Below, in pieces: positions 11,686 through 20,881 of a stretch of 64,000 nucleotides of DNA. Numbering within the stretch: the stretch's first letter is position 1; each line of letters starts with the position of its first letter. This DNA is from an uncultured Candidatus Rokubacteria bacterium (GTDB lineage: Bacteria > Methylomirabilota > Methylomirabilia > Rokubacteriales > CSP1-6), in contig CAVYTA010000006.1 of NCBI GenBank assembly GCA_963771355.1, positions 2,400,001 to 2,464,000 on the forward strand, read 5' to 3'. Below the pieces are notes generated by a model, which saw only the letters and a list, made by a program, of their open reading frames with translations, made no database searches and had not been told where the DNA came from. The position numbers and the translations under genes were made by a program.

Positions 11686-12861
11686 ATGACCAAGGACATG
11701 ACGTTCACACTCACCGACGAGCAGCGCGCGCTCAAGGCCGCGGTGGCCGACCTCTGCAAGCAGTACCCCCCCGAGTACTGGCGCGACCTGGACGGCCGGC
11801 GAGAGTACCCGGAGCGGTTCATCGACGACCTCACCAAGGCCGGCTACCTCGCCGCCCTGATCCCGCAGGAGTACGGCGGGGCCGGCCTCGGGATCATGGA
11901 GGGCGCGCTCATCCTGGAGGAGATCAACCGCTCGGGCGGCAACGGGGGCGCCTGCCACGCGCAGATGTACATCATGGGCACCGTGCTGCGGCACGGAACC
12001 GAGGCACAGAAGAAGGGCTACCTGCCCAAGATCGCCACCGGCGAGCTGCGGCTCCAGGCCTTCGGCGTCACCGAGCCCAATGCCGGCTCGGACACCACCA
12101 AGCTGCAGACCACGGCGGTCCGTCAGGGGGACCGCTACGTGGTGAACGGCCAGAAGATGTTCATCTCGCGCGTGCTCCAGTCCGACCTCATGCTCCTCCT
12201 CGCCCGCACCACGGCGGTGGACCAGGTGAAGAAGAAGACGGACGGGCTCAGCGTCTTCCTCATCGACATCCGGCCGCTCAAGGGCAAGGGGCTCGAGGTC
12301 CGCCCGCTCAAGATGATGATGAACCACTCCACCAACGCGCTCTTCTTCGACAACATGGAGATTCCCGCCGACAGCCTCATCGGGCAGGAGGGCAAGGGCT
12401 TCTCCTACATCCTCGACGGGATGAACGCGGAGCGGATCCTCGTCGCCTCGGACTCGCTGGGCGACGCGCGCTGGTTCATCGAGAAGGCGGTGGCCTACGC
12501 CAGCCAGCGGGTGATCTTCGGCAAGCCCATCGGCGCCAACCAGGGCGTGCAGTTCCCCATCGCCAAGGCGCACATGGCCATCGAGGCGGCCGACCTCATG
12601 CGCACCAAGGCGGCCAAGATGTTCGACGCCGGCATCCCGTGCGGGCCCGAGGCCAACATGGCGAAGTACCTCGCCTCGGAGGCGGCCATCCAGGCGGGGG
12701 ACGCCTGCCTCGACTGTCACGGTGGCTATGGCTTCGCCGAGGAGTACGACGTCGAGCGCAAGTTCCGCGAGTCGCGCCTCTACCGCACCGCGCCCATCAA
12801 CAACAACCTCGTGGCCGCCTACGTGGGCGAGCACGTGCTCGGGATGCCCCGATCCTACTAG
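11686..12861 (+). CDS. Acyl-CoA dehydrogenase
   Basis: CHAQMY, FGVTEPNAGSD, NGQKMFIS, HGGYGFAEEY. Confidence 0.95.
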   Translation: MTKDMTFTLTDEQRALKAAVADLCKQYPPEYWRDLDGRREYPERFIDDLTKAGYLAALIPQEYGGAGLGIMEGALILEEINRSGGNGGACHAQMYIMGTVLRHGTEAQKKGYLPKIATGELRLQAFGVTEPNAGSDTTKLQTTAVRQGDRYVVNGQKMFISRVLQSDLMLLLARTTAVDQVKKKTDGLSVFLIDIRPLKGKGLEVRPLKMMMNHSTNALFFDNMEIPADSLIGQEGKGFSYILDGMNAERILVASDSLGDARWFIEKAVAYASQRVIFGKPIGANQGVQFPIAKAHMAIEAADLMRTKAAKMFDAGIPCGPEANMAKYLASEAAIQAGDACLDCHGGYGFAEEYDVERKFRESRLYRTAPINNNLVAAYVGEHVLGMPRSY

Positions 12862-12877
12862 GACGGGAGAGCGCGGC

Positions 12878-13816
12878 GTGACTCTCGAGGCGGTCGATCG
12901 TATCAGCGTGACCACGGTGGTGGACAACTCCGTGGACATTCTGCGCGCCGACGAGAAGGTGGCACGGCGCTGGACCAGCACCAGAGCGCGGCGGTTCTCG
13001 ACGCTCCGGGCCGAGCACGGGCTCGCGCACTGGGTGGACGTGACGCGAGGCCGCGAGTCGGCGCGGCTGGCCTTCGACTGGGGGCTCACCGGCGACACCT
13101 ACACCCACAACCTGCGCGAGCTGGGCCTGGACCCGGCCGGGCTCGATGCGCTCGCCCTCAGCCACGGCCATCAGGACCACTGGGGCGGGCTGCCCGGCTT
13201 TCTCCGCGAGGGCCGGCGCGCGATGAAGAGCGCCCTCCCCTTCTACGGGGGATCCGATCACTTCCTCCCGCGCTATAGCGAGATGAAGGGCGAGCGCGTC
13301 TATTTCGGCCGACTCGACCGCGACGAGCTGGAGCGCCAGGACCTCGACGTGCGGGTGGTGGTCAAGCCCACCGCGCTCGCGGAGGGCGTGATGCTCTCGG
13401 GCGAGATGCACGAGACCGCGCCCGGCGAAACCATCCCCGCGTCCCTCAAGGTCGAGCGCGACGGCGCGGTGGTGCAGGACACCTTCATCGGCGAGCAGAC
13501 CCTCATCGGCCATGTGCGGGGTCGCGGGCTGGTGGTGATCACCTCCTGCTCCCATCGCGGCATCGTGGGCATCTGCCGCCACGCCGCCCGGGTGAGCGGC
13601 GTGCCGAAGATCCACGCGGTGATCGGCGGATTTCACTTGAGCGGGCTCGGCGAGGAGCGCATCACGCTCGTGGTGGACGAGTTCAGGCGGCTCGACGTGG
13701 ACTGGCTCATCCCGCAGCACTGCACCGGGATGGAGGCCTTCATCGCCATCGGCAACCGGCTGCCCGCCGAGATGGTGGTGTCCTCGGTGGGCAGCACCTT
13801 CACCTTCGAGGCCTGA
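12878..13816 (+). CDS. MBL-fold metallo-hydrolase
   Basis: AEHG, SHGHQDHWGG, CSHRG, IGGFH, HCTG; GTG start after GGGAG. Confidence 0.88.
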   Translation: MTLEAVDRISVTTVVDNSVDILRADEKVARRWTSTRARRFSTLRAEHGLAHWVDVTRGRESARLAFDWGLTGDTYTHNLRELGLDPAGLDALALSHGHQDHWGGLPGFLREGRRAMKSALPFYGGSDHFLPRYSEMKGERVYFGRLDRDELERQDLDVRVVVKPTALAEGVMLSGEMHETAPGETIPASLKVERDGAVVQDTFIGEQTLIGHVRGRGLVVITSCSHRGIVGICRHAARVSGVPKIHAVIGGFHLSGLGEERITLVVDEFRRLDVDWLIPQHCTGMEAFIAIGNRLPAEMVVSSVGSTFTFEA

Positions 13817-13821
13817 GCGGG

Positions 13822-14373
13822 ATGCTGGGGCCGGTGATCGAGGGCGAGCGCATCCGGCTGGAGCCGCCGCGCCCCGAGTACCTGCCCGCTTATTTCCGCT
13901 GGTTCGCGGACATGGAGGTGACGCGGTACCTCCTCTTCCGCTACCCACTGTCGGACAAGGGCGAGGCGGAATGGCTGGAGCAGACCGCCAAGGACCAGAG
14001 CAACGTGCTCTGGGCCATCGTGGCCCGGACGAGCGGCCGCCTGGTCGGCAACACCGCGCTCGAGAAGATCAACTGGCGTGACCGCCGCGCGGAGAGCGGC
14101 ATCGTGATCGGCGAGAAGGACGAGTGGGGCAAGGGCTATGCCGGCGAGGCCATGCGGCTCCGCACCCGCTACGCCTTCCGGGAGCTCGCGCTCAACAAGG
14201 TGGTCACCACCGTGTACGGGGGCAACGAGGCGAGCCGTCGCGCCCTGGAGCGGGCGGGCTACCGGCAGTGTGGGACCTACCGGCGCCACGTGCTCATCGA
14301 CGGACAATGGCACGATGTCTGGATCGGGGAGATCTTGCGGGACGACTGGGAAGCCCAGGAGGGGCGCGCATGA
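13822..14373 (+). CDS. GNAT acetyltransferase (RimJ/RimL-like)
   Basis: EWGKGYAGEA, NEASRRALERAGY. Confidence 0.88.
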   Translation: MLGPVIEGERIRLEPPRPEYLPAYFRWFADMEVTRYLLFRYPLSDKGEAEWLEQTAKDQSNVLWAIVARTSGRLVGNTALEKINWRDRRAESGIVIGEKDEWGKGYAGEAMRLRTRYAFRELALNKVVTTVYGGNEASRRALERAGYRQCGTYRRHVLIDGQWHDVWIGEILRDDWEAQEGRA

Positions 14374-15323
14374 AGCTGCCGCAGCGAGTAACGCTCTGTG
14401 AAGTCGGGACGCGCGACGGGTTCCAGATCGAGCCGGACTGGATTCCCACCGATCTCAAGGTCGAGGTGGTGGACCGGCTCTCCGCGACGGGCGTGCCGCG
14501 CATCGAGGTGACGTCCTTCGTGTCGCCCAAGGCCATCCCCGCGCTGCGCGACGCCGAGGAGGTCATGGCCCGCATCCATCGGAGGCCCGGCACTCGCTTC
14601 TCGGCGCTGGTGCCGAACGACAAGGGCGCGGTGCGGGCGGTGGACGCGCGCGTGGACGAGATCCACACGGTGGTGTCGGCCAGCGAGAGCCACAATCTCG
14701 CCAACGTGAACATGTCCATCGCGGAGTCGCTGGTGAAGCTGCGCGCCACCCTGGAGGTGGCCCATCGGGCCGGTGTCCCCGTGTACTCCGGCATCTCCTG
14801 CTCCTTCGGCTGCCCCTTCGAGACCGACGTGCCGGTGGCGCGCCTCGAGGACGTGGTGAAGGCGCTGGTGGACATGGGGGCCCGCGGCATCGGGCTCGCC
14901 GACACCACCGGCATGGCCAACCCCGCCCAGGTCGGCCGCGTCCTCGACCACCTGATGCCCCGCTTCCCGGGCATCGAGTGGACGCTCCACACACACGACA
15001 CCCGTGCCATGGCCATCCCGAACATCCTGGCCGCCATGGAGCGTGGGGTCACCTGCTTCGACGCCTCCATCGGCGGGCTCGGCGGCTGCCCCTTCGCCCC
15101 CGGCGCTTCCGGCAACGTCTGCACCGAGGACCTCATCCACTGCCTCCACTCCATGGGGGTGGCGACCGGTGTGGATCTCGACGCCTACATCGCGGTCTCG
15201 CGGCGGGTGCAGGAGGTGGTGGGTCATCCCCTGCCGGGCCAGATCGTGAAGGCCGGCAAGTGGGACCGCCGCTATCCCCTGCCCGACGGCGTCCAGGCCA
15301 AGCTCGCGGGCACTCGCGGATGA
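14370..15323 (+). CDS. HMG-CoA lyase family (DRE-TIM) lyase
   Basis: EVGTRDGFQ, LADTTG, HTHDT, GGLGGCPFAPGASGN; ATGA overlap with the upstream gene. Confidence 0.92.
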   Translation: MKLPQRVTLCEVGTRDGFQIEPDWIPTDLKVEVVDRLSATGVPRIEVTSFVSPKAIPALRDAEEVMARIHRRPGTRFSALVPNDKGAVRAVDARVDEIHTVVSASESHNLANVNMSIAESLVKLRATLEVAHRAGVPVYSGISCSFGCPFETDVPVARLEDVVKALVDMGARGIGLADTTGMANPAQVGRVLDHLMPRFPGIEWTLHTHDTRAMAIPNILAAMERGVTCFDASIGGLGGCPFAPGASGNVCTEDLIHCLHSMGVATGVDLDAYIAVSRRVQEVVGHPLPGQIVKAGKWDRRYPLPDGVQAKLAGTRG

Positions 15324-15894
15324 GCCGACCCAAGGCTCTGCCGAAGAAGGTCGCGCGCATGCTCCGCCTCATGGACCGGGCGGTCACCGAGTGGTCGCTG
15401 CCCGTGATCGGGGTGGAGAAGGGCCGCATGCTGCGCCGCCTCATCGCCGAGCACGCGCCCACCCGCGCGCTCGAGGTGGGCTCTCTCTTCGGCTATTCCG
15501 CTCTCCTCATCGCGGCCAGCCTGCCCCGCGGGGGAAGCTCATCTGCGTGGAGCAGAATCCCTACCTCGCCAAGTTCGTCGACCGGAATGCCGCCGAGGGA
15601 GGACTGGGTGACCGGGTGCGGGTGGTGGTCGGTGACGCCCTGCGCGTGCTCCCCATGCTGCGGGGGCCGGTGGACTTCATGCTCATCGACGCCAAGAAGG
15701 AAGACTACCTCGACTATCTCCGCGCGGTGGAGCCGCGGCTCACCCGCGGGGCGCTGGTGGTGGCGGACAACACGGGGATGTACCGCCGCGACGTGAAGCC
15801 CTACCTTGCCCATGTCCGCGGCGACGGCCGCTACCAGAGTCGCGAGCACGACTTCGGCTTCGACTGCATGGAAGTCTCGGTCTACCGCGGCTAG
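15320..15894 (+). CDS. Class I SAM-dependent O-methyltransferase; frameshift in a G run at 15530-15534
   Basis: LEVGSLFGYS in one frame; GDA, IDAKKEDY, VADN in the next. One added G joins them. Confidence 0.8.
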
Positions 15895-15900
15895 CGCCCC

Positions 15901-16407
15901 GTGTTCGGCGAGCGCCACGATCCGGAGTTCCTCAAGCACCTGTTCGACCGAACGGAGATACTCCGCAAGCCCATGTCCGGCATCATCACCGGCTATCACG
16001 TGCTGCCCTATATCCTGGTGGGGCCCCAGGAGGACCGGCCCGCGCACTCGGTGGAGATCCGCGGCAAGATCAAGGTCTCGCCCCGCCTGGTCCTGGCGCC
16101 GGGACGCGCCGGGCAGACCTACGGCGACCTCTTCAAGGACACCGAGCTGATGGACCAGACCCTGGTGGCACGGGTCTTCTCCTTCGCCTACTCCTCGCGC
16201 CACCAGGTCACGCTCGAGAGCGAGGACCTGACCATCCAGCGCACCGACCGCGAGCCGCAGGCCCAGGTGGAGCGGGCGCTCGACGAGCTGTCACAGCGCG
16301 AGGTCATCAATACCGGCGTCATTCTCTCGCCCAACGTGCGCTTTTACCCGGTCTCCCTGGACCGATTCATCACCGAGATCCTGGATCAGGAGTTCCGCCC
16401 CTCCTGA
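15901..16407 (+). CDS. Hypothetical protein (168 aa)
   Basis: Coding-like codon usage; fills the gap in the operon; no motif recognised. Confidence 0.75.
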   Translation: MFGERHDPEFLKHLFDRTEILRKPMSGIITGYHVLPYILVGPQEDRPAHSVEIRGKIKVSPRLVLAPGRAGQTYGDLFKDTELMDQTLVARVFSFAYSSRHQVTLESEDLTIQRTDREPQAQVERALDELSQREVINTGVILSPNVRFYPVSLDRFITEILDQEFRPS

Positions 16408-16417
16408 CCGGGCGACC

Positions 16418-16939
16418 ATGCGCGTCACGACGCTGACCCCCGCGGAGACACTCGTCGCCGAGCCCGCCCTCGTCGCCCTGCTCCGCGACGCGGTGGACTC
16501 GGGGGCGTCGATCGGCTTCCTGCCGCCGCTCTCGGAAGACGAGGCGGTCGAGTACTGGCGCTCGGTGGGCGCCGCCGTCGCGGAGGGCTCGCGGGTGCTC
16601 TTCGCCGCGCGCGACGCCGCCGGCGAGGCGATCGGGAGCGCCCAGCTGGACCTCGCCCTGCGCGCCAATGGCCGGCACCGCGCCGAGGTCGCGAAGGTGA
16701 TGGTGCATCGGCGCGCGCGCCGGCAAGGCGTCGGGCGCGCCCTCATGCTGGCGGCGGAGGCGGAGGCGCGGCGGCTCGGCCGCAGCACCCTCGTGCTCGA
16801 CACCCGTCACGGCGATCCCTCCGAGATCCTCTATCGCTCGCTGGGCTGGGAGCTCGCCGGCGAGATTCCGCGCTATGCCCGGAGCGCGGACGGGACCCTT
16901 CACGCCACCGCGTTCTACTTCAAGCTCCTCGAGGCCTGA
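16418..16939 (+). CDS. GNAT acetyltransferase (Ttr-like)
   Basis: GASIGFLPP, HRAEVAKVMV, RRQGVGRALM, LVLDT. Confidence 0.88.
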   Translation: MRVTTLTPAETLVAEPALVALLRDAVDSGASIGFLPPLSEDEAVEYWRSVGAAVAEGSRVLFAARDAAGEAIGSAQLDLALRANGRHRAEVAKVMVHRRARRQGVGRALMLAAEAEARRLGRSTLVLDTRHGDPSEILYRSLGWELAGEIPRYARSADGTLHATAFYFKLLEA

Positions 16940-17856
16940 TGCGCGCGTATTTCATCTCGCGCCTCGGCCAGACCCTCCTCGTCGTTTTCCTCTCGCTCAC
17001 CGCCGTCTTCTTCCTCGCGCGGCTCGGGGGCGACCCCGTGCTTCTCTTTCTTCCCATGGACATCCAGGCGAAGGACCTCAACGAGTTCCGGCAGCGTCTG
17101 GGGTTCAACGATCCCCTCCCCGTGCAGTACGCGCGCTTCATGTCCGGCGCGGTACGCGGGGACTTCGGCGAGTCGCTCCGCTACAAGCAGGACGCCCTCG
17201 GCCTCGTCCTCGAGCGGATGCCCGCCACCCTCCGTCTGGGCGGCGCCGCGCTGCTCCTCACCTTCTGCCTCGCCATCCCGGTGGGAGTGGTGTCGGCGAT
17301 GAAGCGCGGATCCGTGTGGGACTACCTCGGAATGGGAGGCGCGGTGCTGGGCCAGGCCATCCCCGGCTTCTGGCTGGGCCTCATGCTCATCTATCTCTTC
17401 TCGGTGCGCCTGGGCTGGTTGCCCACCGGCGGGACCGGCGGCCTCCTCCACTACGTGATGCCGGTCCTCGTGCTCGGCGCCTTCTATGCCGCCCGCATGG
17501 CCCGGCTCACCCGCTCGTCGGTGCTCGACACCCTGGGGGAGGACTATATCCTCACCGCCCGCGCGAAAGGGCTGGCCGAGCTCGTGGTGGTGGCCAAGCA
17601 CACGCTCAAGAACGCGGCCATCCCCATCGTGACCCTGGCCGGGCTCGAGACGGGGCAGCTTCTGGGCGGCGCCGTCATCACCGAGACCATCTTCGCGTGG
17701 CCGGGGGTGGGCCGGCTCACCGTCCAGGCCCTCCTCAATCGCGATTTCCCCGTGGTGCTGGCGGCGGTGTTCGTGGCCTCGCTCACCTACACGCTCATCA
17801 ATCTCGTGGTCGATCTCCTCTACGGCTGGATCGACCCGCGGACGAGCCGGTCTTGA
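16939..17856 (+). CDS. Peptide/nickel ABC permease (DppB-like)
   Basis: GDFGES, EDYILTARAKG (EAA loop), ETIFAWPG. Confidence 0.95.
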   Translation: MRAYFISRLGQTLLVVFLSLTAVFFLARLGGDPVLLFLPMDIQAKDLNEFRQRLGFNDPLPVQYARFMSGAVRGDFGESLRYKQDALGLVLERMPATLRLGGAALLLTFCLAIPVGVVSAMKRGSVWDYLGMGGAVLGQAIPGFWLGLMLIYLFSVRLGWLPTGGTGGLLHYVMPVLVLGAFYAARMARLTRSSVLDTLGEDYILTARAKGLAELVVVAKHTLKNAAIPIVTLAGLETGQLLGGAVITETIFAWPGVGRLTVQALLNRDFPVVLAAVFVASLTYTLINLVVDLLYGWIDPRTSRS

Positions 17857-17931
17857 TGGGCGAGCTGCAGCCGAAGGCGAGGCGAGCGAACATGATGGGC
17901 GAGCTGCAGCCGAAGGCGAGGCGAGCGAACA
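17854..17931 (+). repeat. Perfect 2 x 39-bp tandem repeat (TGATGGGCGAGCTGCAGCCGAAGGCGAGGCGAGCGAACA) within a 113-bp intercistronic insertion
   Basis: Identical units at 17854-17892 and 17893-17931, followed by a related hairpin module containing CGAGCGAAGCGAG, ending at TGATG 17967-17971. Confidence 0.95.
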
Positions 17932-17969
17932 CGAAAATGCTCTCCCGAGCGAAGCGAGGGCAGTTCTGA
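17856..17969 (+). CDS. Repeat-encoded 37-aa coupling peptide MGELQPKARRANMMGELQPKARRANTKMLSRAKRGQF
   Basis: Its ATG overlaps the upstream stop (TGATG) and its TGA overlaps the downstream ATG (TGATG). Confidence 0.6.
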   Translation: MGELQPKARRANMMGELQPKARRANTKMLSRAKRGQF

Positions 17970-18796
17970 TGACTCTCGCCCGACTTCGACGCAACGGACT
18001 GGGCATCATCGGCCTGGTCCTGGCCGGCGTCGCCATCCTGGCCGCCTTCGCGGCGCCGCTGCTGGCGCCCCACGATCCGCTCAACGCCGACTTCACCCAG
18101 AGCCTCAAGCCGCCGGGAACGGCGGGGCATCCCTGGGGCACCGACCAGCTCGGCCGCGATCTCCTCTCGCGGGTGATCTACGGCGCCCGCATCGCGCTCT
18201 TCATCGGGCTCTGCACGGTGCTGCTCACCGCGGTGGTGGGCGGCGTCCTCGGCCTCCTCGCGGGCTACTTCGGCGGCTGGCCGGGCGCGGTGCTCATGCG
18301 GCTGGTCGACGTCCAGCTGTCCTTCCCCTTCATCTTCCTCGCCATCACCATCAACGCCATCGTGGGGCTGGGGCTGCGGAACATCATCATCAGCCTGGCT
18401 GCCGCGGGCTGGGTCGTGTATGCTCGCGTGGTCCGGGGGGAGGTTCTGTCGGTGAAGCAGCGTGAGTACGTGCACGCGGCGGCGGCGCTGGGCATGGGGC
18501 GGGGTCGGATCCTGTTCCGCCACGTCCTCCCCAACGTGCTGCCCTCGATCATCATCGTCGCGAGTCTCCAGTTCTCGCAGTTCATCGTGGCCGAGGCGGC
18601 CATCTCGTTCCTCGGCTTCGGCGTGCAGCCCCCGACGCCGGCATGGGGGAGCATGCTCTCGGAGAGTCGCGACCATCTCTACGTGGCCTGGTGGCTGGCC
18701 GCCTTTCCGGGCGCGGCGCTGGCCTTGACCGCGCTCGGCATCAACCTGGTGGGGGACTGGCTCCGCGACGTGCTGGACCCCAAGTTCCGCGCCTGA
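17969..18796 (+). CDS. Peptide/nickel ABC permease (DppC-like)
   Basis: HPWGTDQLGRD, EYVHAAAALG, LGFGVQPPTPAWG. Confidence 0.95.
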   Translation: MTLARLRRNGLGIIGLVLAGVAILAAFAAPLLAPHDPLNADFTQSLKPPGTAGHPWGTDQLGRDLLSRVIYGARIALFIGLCTVLLTAVVGGVLGLLAGYFGGWPGAVLMRLVDVQLSFPFIFLAITINAIVGLGLRNIIISLAAAGWVVYARVVRGEVLSVKQREYVHAAAALGMGRGRILFRHVLPNVLPSIIIVASLQFSQFIVAEAAISFLGFGVQPPTPAWGSMLSESRDHLYVAWWLAAFPGAALALTALGINLVGDWLRDVLDPKFRA

Positions 18797-18822
18797 GGGC
18801 GCGACCCCGGAGGAGGATTCTC

Positions 18823-20367
18823 ATGCTCAAGCGAATCGGACGGCGGCCCGCTCTGGTCGCCCTCGCCCTCGGCCTCGTTTTCTTCGCCGGCGGGCCCGCC
18901 GGCGCGCAGGACCGCGCGCGCAGCAAGGAAGTGGTGGTGGCCCTGGCGGCGGAGCCGCGCTCGCTGCTGCCCAACACCATCGTGGACTGGACCACCAACA
19001 ACCAGCTCGAGCACATGTACGACCGCCTGGTGGACCGCGACGCCAAGAGCTACAAGCCCGCGCCCATGCTCGCCACCGGGTGGAAGGTGGTGAACGACAC
19101 CACCTGGGAGTTCACCCTCAAGCAGGGGGTGAAGTTCCACAACGGCGAGCCGTTCAACGCCCAGTCCGTCAAGGCGACCATGGACTACATCATGGATCCC
19201 GCCAGCAAGACCCACTACGCGCCGCGGTGGGCGCAGGTAAAGGAAGTCCAGATCGTCAACGACTACACCGTGCGCTTCATCACCGAGAAGCCGTGGCCCG
19301 GCCTCATCGACCGCATGGCCGCCACCGACTTCCTCCCCATGCCGCCCAAGGCGCTCAAGGAGCAGGGGGTGGCCGCGCTGGCCGCCAAGCCCATCGGCAC
19401 CGGGCCCTTCAAGTTCGTCCAGTGGGTGCGCGACGAGAAGCTCGTGATGGAGCGAAATCCCGACTACTGGCAGGGAGGGGCCGCCGTCAACCGCGTGACC
19501 TTCCGCTACATCCCGGAGTTCAGCGCGCGGCTGGCCGCACTGCTCGCCGGCGAGATCGACATCATGAAGGACGTGCCCCCGCTCAATGTCGACCAGGTGG
19601 ACAAGAGCGGCAAGGCCAAGGTGCGCGCCACCGAGTCGTCGCGCATCAATTACCTGGCACTGGTCAACCTCAAGCCCGGGCCCCTGCAGGACGTCCGGGT
19701 GCGGCGGGCCATCCACCATGCGGTCAACGTGGACGAGCTGATCGCGCAGGTGCTCCGCGGGCGCGCCACCAAGATGTGCGGGCCGCTGTCGCCGCTGAAC
19801 GTCGACTATTCCCCCAAGGGGGAGTGCATCAAGTACGATCCGGCGCGGGCCCAGGCGCTCCTGAAAGAGGCGGGGCACGAAGCGGCCAAGCTCCAGCTGA
19901 CGCTCGACACGCCGTCCGGCCGCTATCCGCTGGACAAGGATATCTCGCTGGCCATCGCGTCCCAGCTCGGGCGCATCGGGATCAAGACCAACGTGGTGGT
20001 GAACGAGTGGGGCACCCACCTCGACAAGATCAAGAACCGGGCCACCGGCGATATGTTCTTCCTCGGCTGGGGTCCGGCGCTGGAAGCCCAGGGCACCATC
20101 GAACAGCTCTTCCAGGCCAAGCCGACGTACTCGTCCTTCGGCAACAACGCGACCATCGATGCCAAGATCGCCCAGGCGGTGACCATCGTGGATCCCAAGA
20201 AGCGGCTGGAGGCCTGGACCGAGCTGCAACAGCTGGTGCGAGACGAGGTACCGTGGGTGTTCCTCTGGCAGCAGCACGACCTCTACGGCGTGGCTAACTG
20301 GATCGAGTGGAGCCCGCGCGCCGACGAGAAGGTCTGGATGTACGAGGCGAAGATCATCGCCCGCTAG
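18823..20367 (+). CDS. ABC substrate-binding protein, family 5 (DppA-like)
   Basis: Signal peptide, LKQGVKFHNGEPF, PIGTGPF; SD GGAGG. Confidence 0.95.
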   Translation: MLKRIGRRPALVALALGLVFFAGGPAGAQDRARSKEVVVALAAEPRSLLPNTIVDWTTNNQLEHMYDRLVDRDAKSYKPAPMLATGWKVVNDTTWEFTLKQGVKFHNGEPFNAQSVKATMDYIMDPASKTHYAPRWAQVKEVQIVNDYTVRFITEKPWPGLIDRMAATDFLPMPPKALKEQGVAALAAKPIGTGPFKFVQWVRDEKLVMERNPDYWQGGAAVNRVTFRYIPEFSARLAALLAGEIDIMKDVPPLNVDQVDKSGKAKVRATESSRINYLALVNLKPGPLQDVRVRRAIHHAVNVDELIAQVLRGRATKMCGPLSPLNVDYSPKGECIKYDPARAQALLKEAGHEAAKLQLTLDTPSGRYPLDKDISLAIASQLGRIGIKTNVVVNEWGTHLDKIKNRATGDMFFLGWGPALEAQGTIEQLFQAKPTYSSFGNNATIDAKIAQAVTIVDPKKRLEAWTELQQLVRDEVPWVFLWQQHDLYGVANWIEWSPRADEKVWMYEAKIIAR

Positions 20368-20390
20368 CGCGGGCCCATCTCGAAACAGCA

Positions 20391-20421
20391 ACGCGCGCCG
20401 GGACAATGTCCCGGCGCGCGT
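20391..20421. terminator. Bidirectional intrinsic terminator-like hairpin
   Basis: ACGCGCGCCGGGACA-A-TGTCCCGGCGCGCGT, perfect 15-bp arms between convergent ORFs, with weak T-rich tails on both strands. Confidence 0.75.
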
Positions 20422-20453
20422 CTCGCTTTCTGGCTATGCCGGCCGCGGACGCC

Positions 20454-20621
20454 TCAGGCGGCCGCCGCGGGAGGAACCGCGGGCCCCTCGTCCTCGTCCG
20501 CCATCGGAGTGGAAGCGGTTGGCGCCGCCTTCTCCGCTTCGTCCCGCATCTCCCTCGCGTGATCCGTCAGCTCGCTCAGCTCCCAAACCGCCAGGTCGAA
20601 CCAGGTATCCAGTTGCATCAT
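20454..20621 (-). CDS. Small acidic hypothetical protein (55 aa)
   Basis: MMQLDTWFDLAVWELSELTDHAREMRDEAEK...PPAAAA; GAGGGA before ATG, upstream sigma54-like motif, downstream hairpin. Confidence 0.55.
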   Translation of the reverse strand: MMQLDTWFDLAVWELSELTDHAREMRDEAEKAAPTASTPMADEDEGPAVPPAAAA

Positions 20622-20708
20622 GTCCCTCGCTGCGCCCGGCTTCGGCGCCCCCCGGTCGGTTTCGGCCCCTCCCGCGACGATGCGGGGCTTCACCACTGCC
20701 CCACGTGG

Positions 20709-20724
20709 AGCATTGGCTGTGCCA
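20709..20724 (-). promoter_or_regulatory. Putative sigma54 (-24/-12) promoter
   Basis: TGGCACAGCCAATGCT fits TGGCAC with GG-N10-GC spacing; intergenic and oriented toward the small ORF. Confidence 0.6.
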
Positions 20725-20881
20725 TCCAGAGACGCCTGCAAAATCGCGCACTTGAGCTCATGCAGGCCGGCGCCGCGTGCCGGACGATCGCCCGAGCGCG
20801 GGCAGGACGCCTGATCCAAGGCCCGACGATTCCTGATAAAATTCGGCCGCTGATCACTCGACGTATCCGCGAGGAGGCCCC

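Noticed and set aside
17854..17931. 39-bp repeat as a CRISPR array
   Set aside because: The units are directly adjacent with no spacers, there are only two copies, and no cas genes are present.
20622..20700. Leader as a c-di-GMP-II or other known riboswitch
   Set aside because: It has superficial GTGAAG and GAAACCGAC words, but I cannot find the required pseudoknot pairing. An Infernal search is needed.
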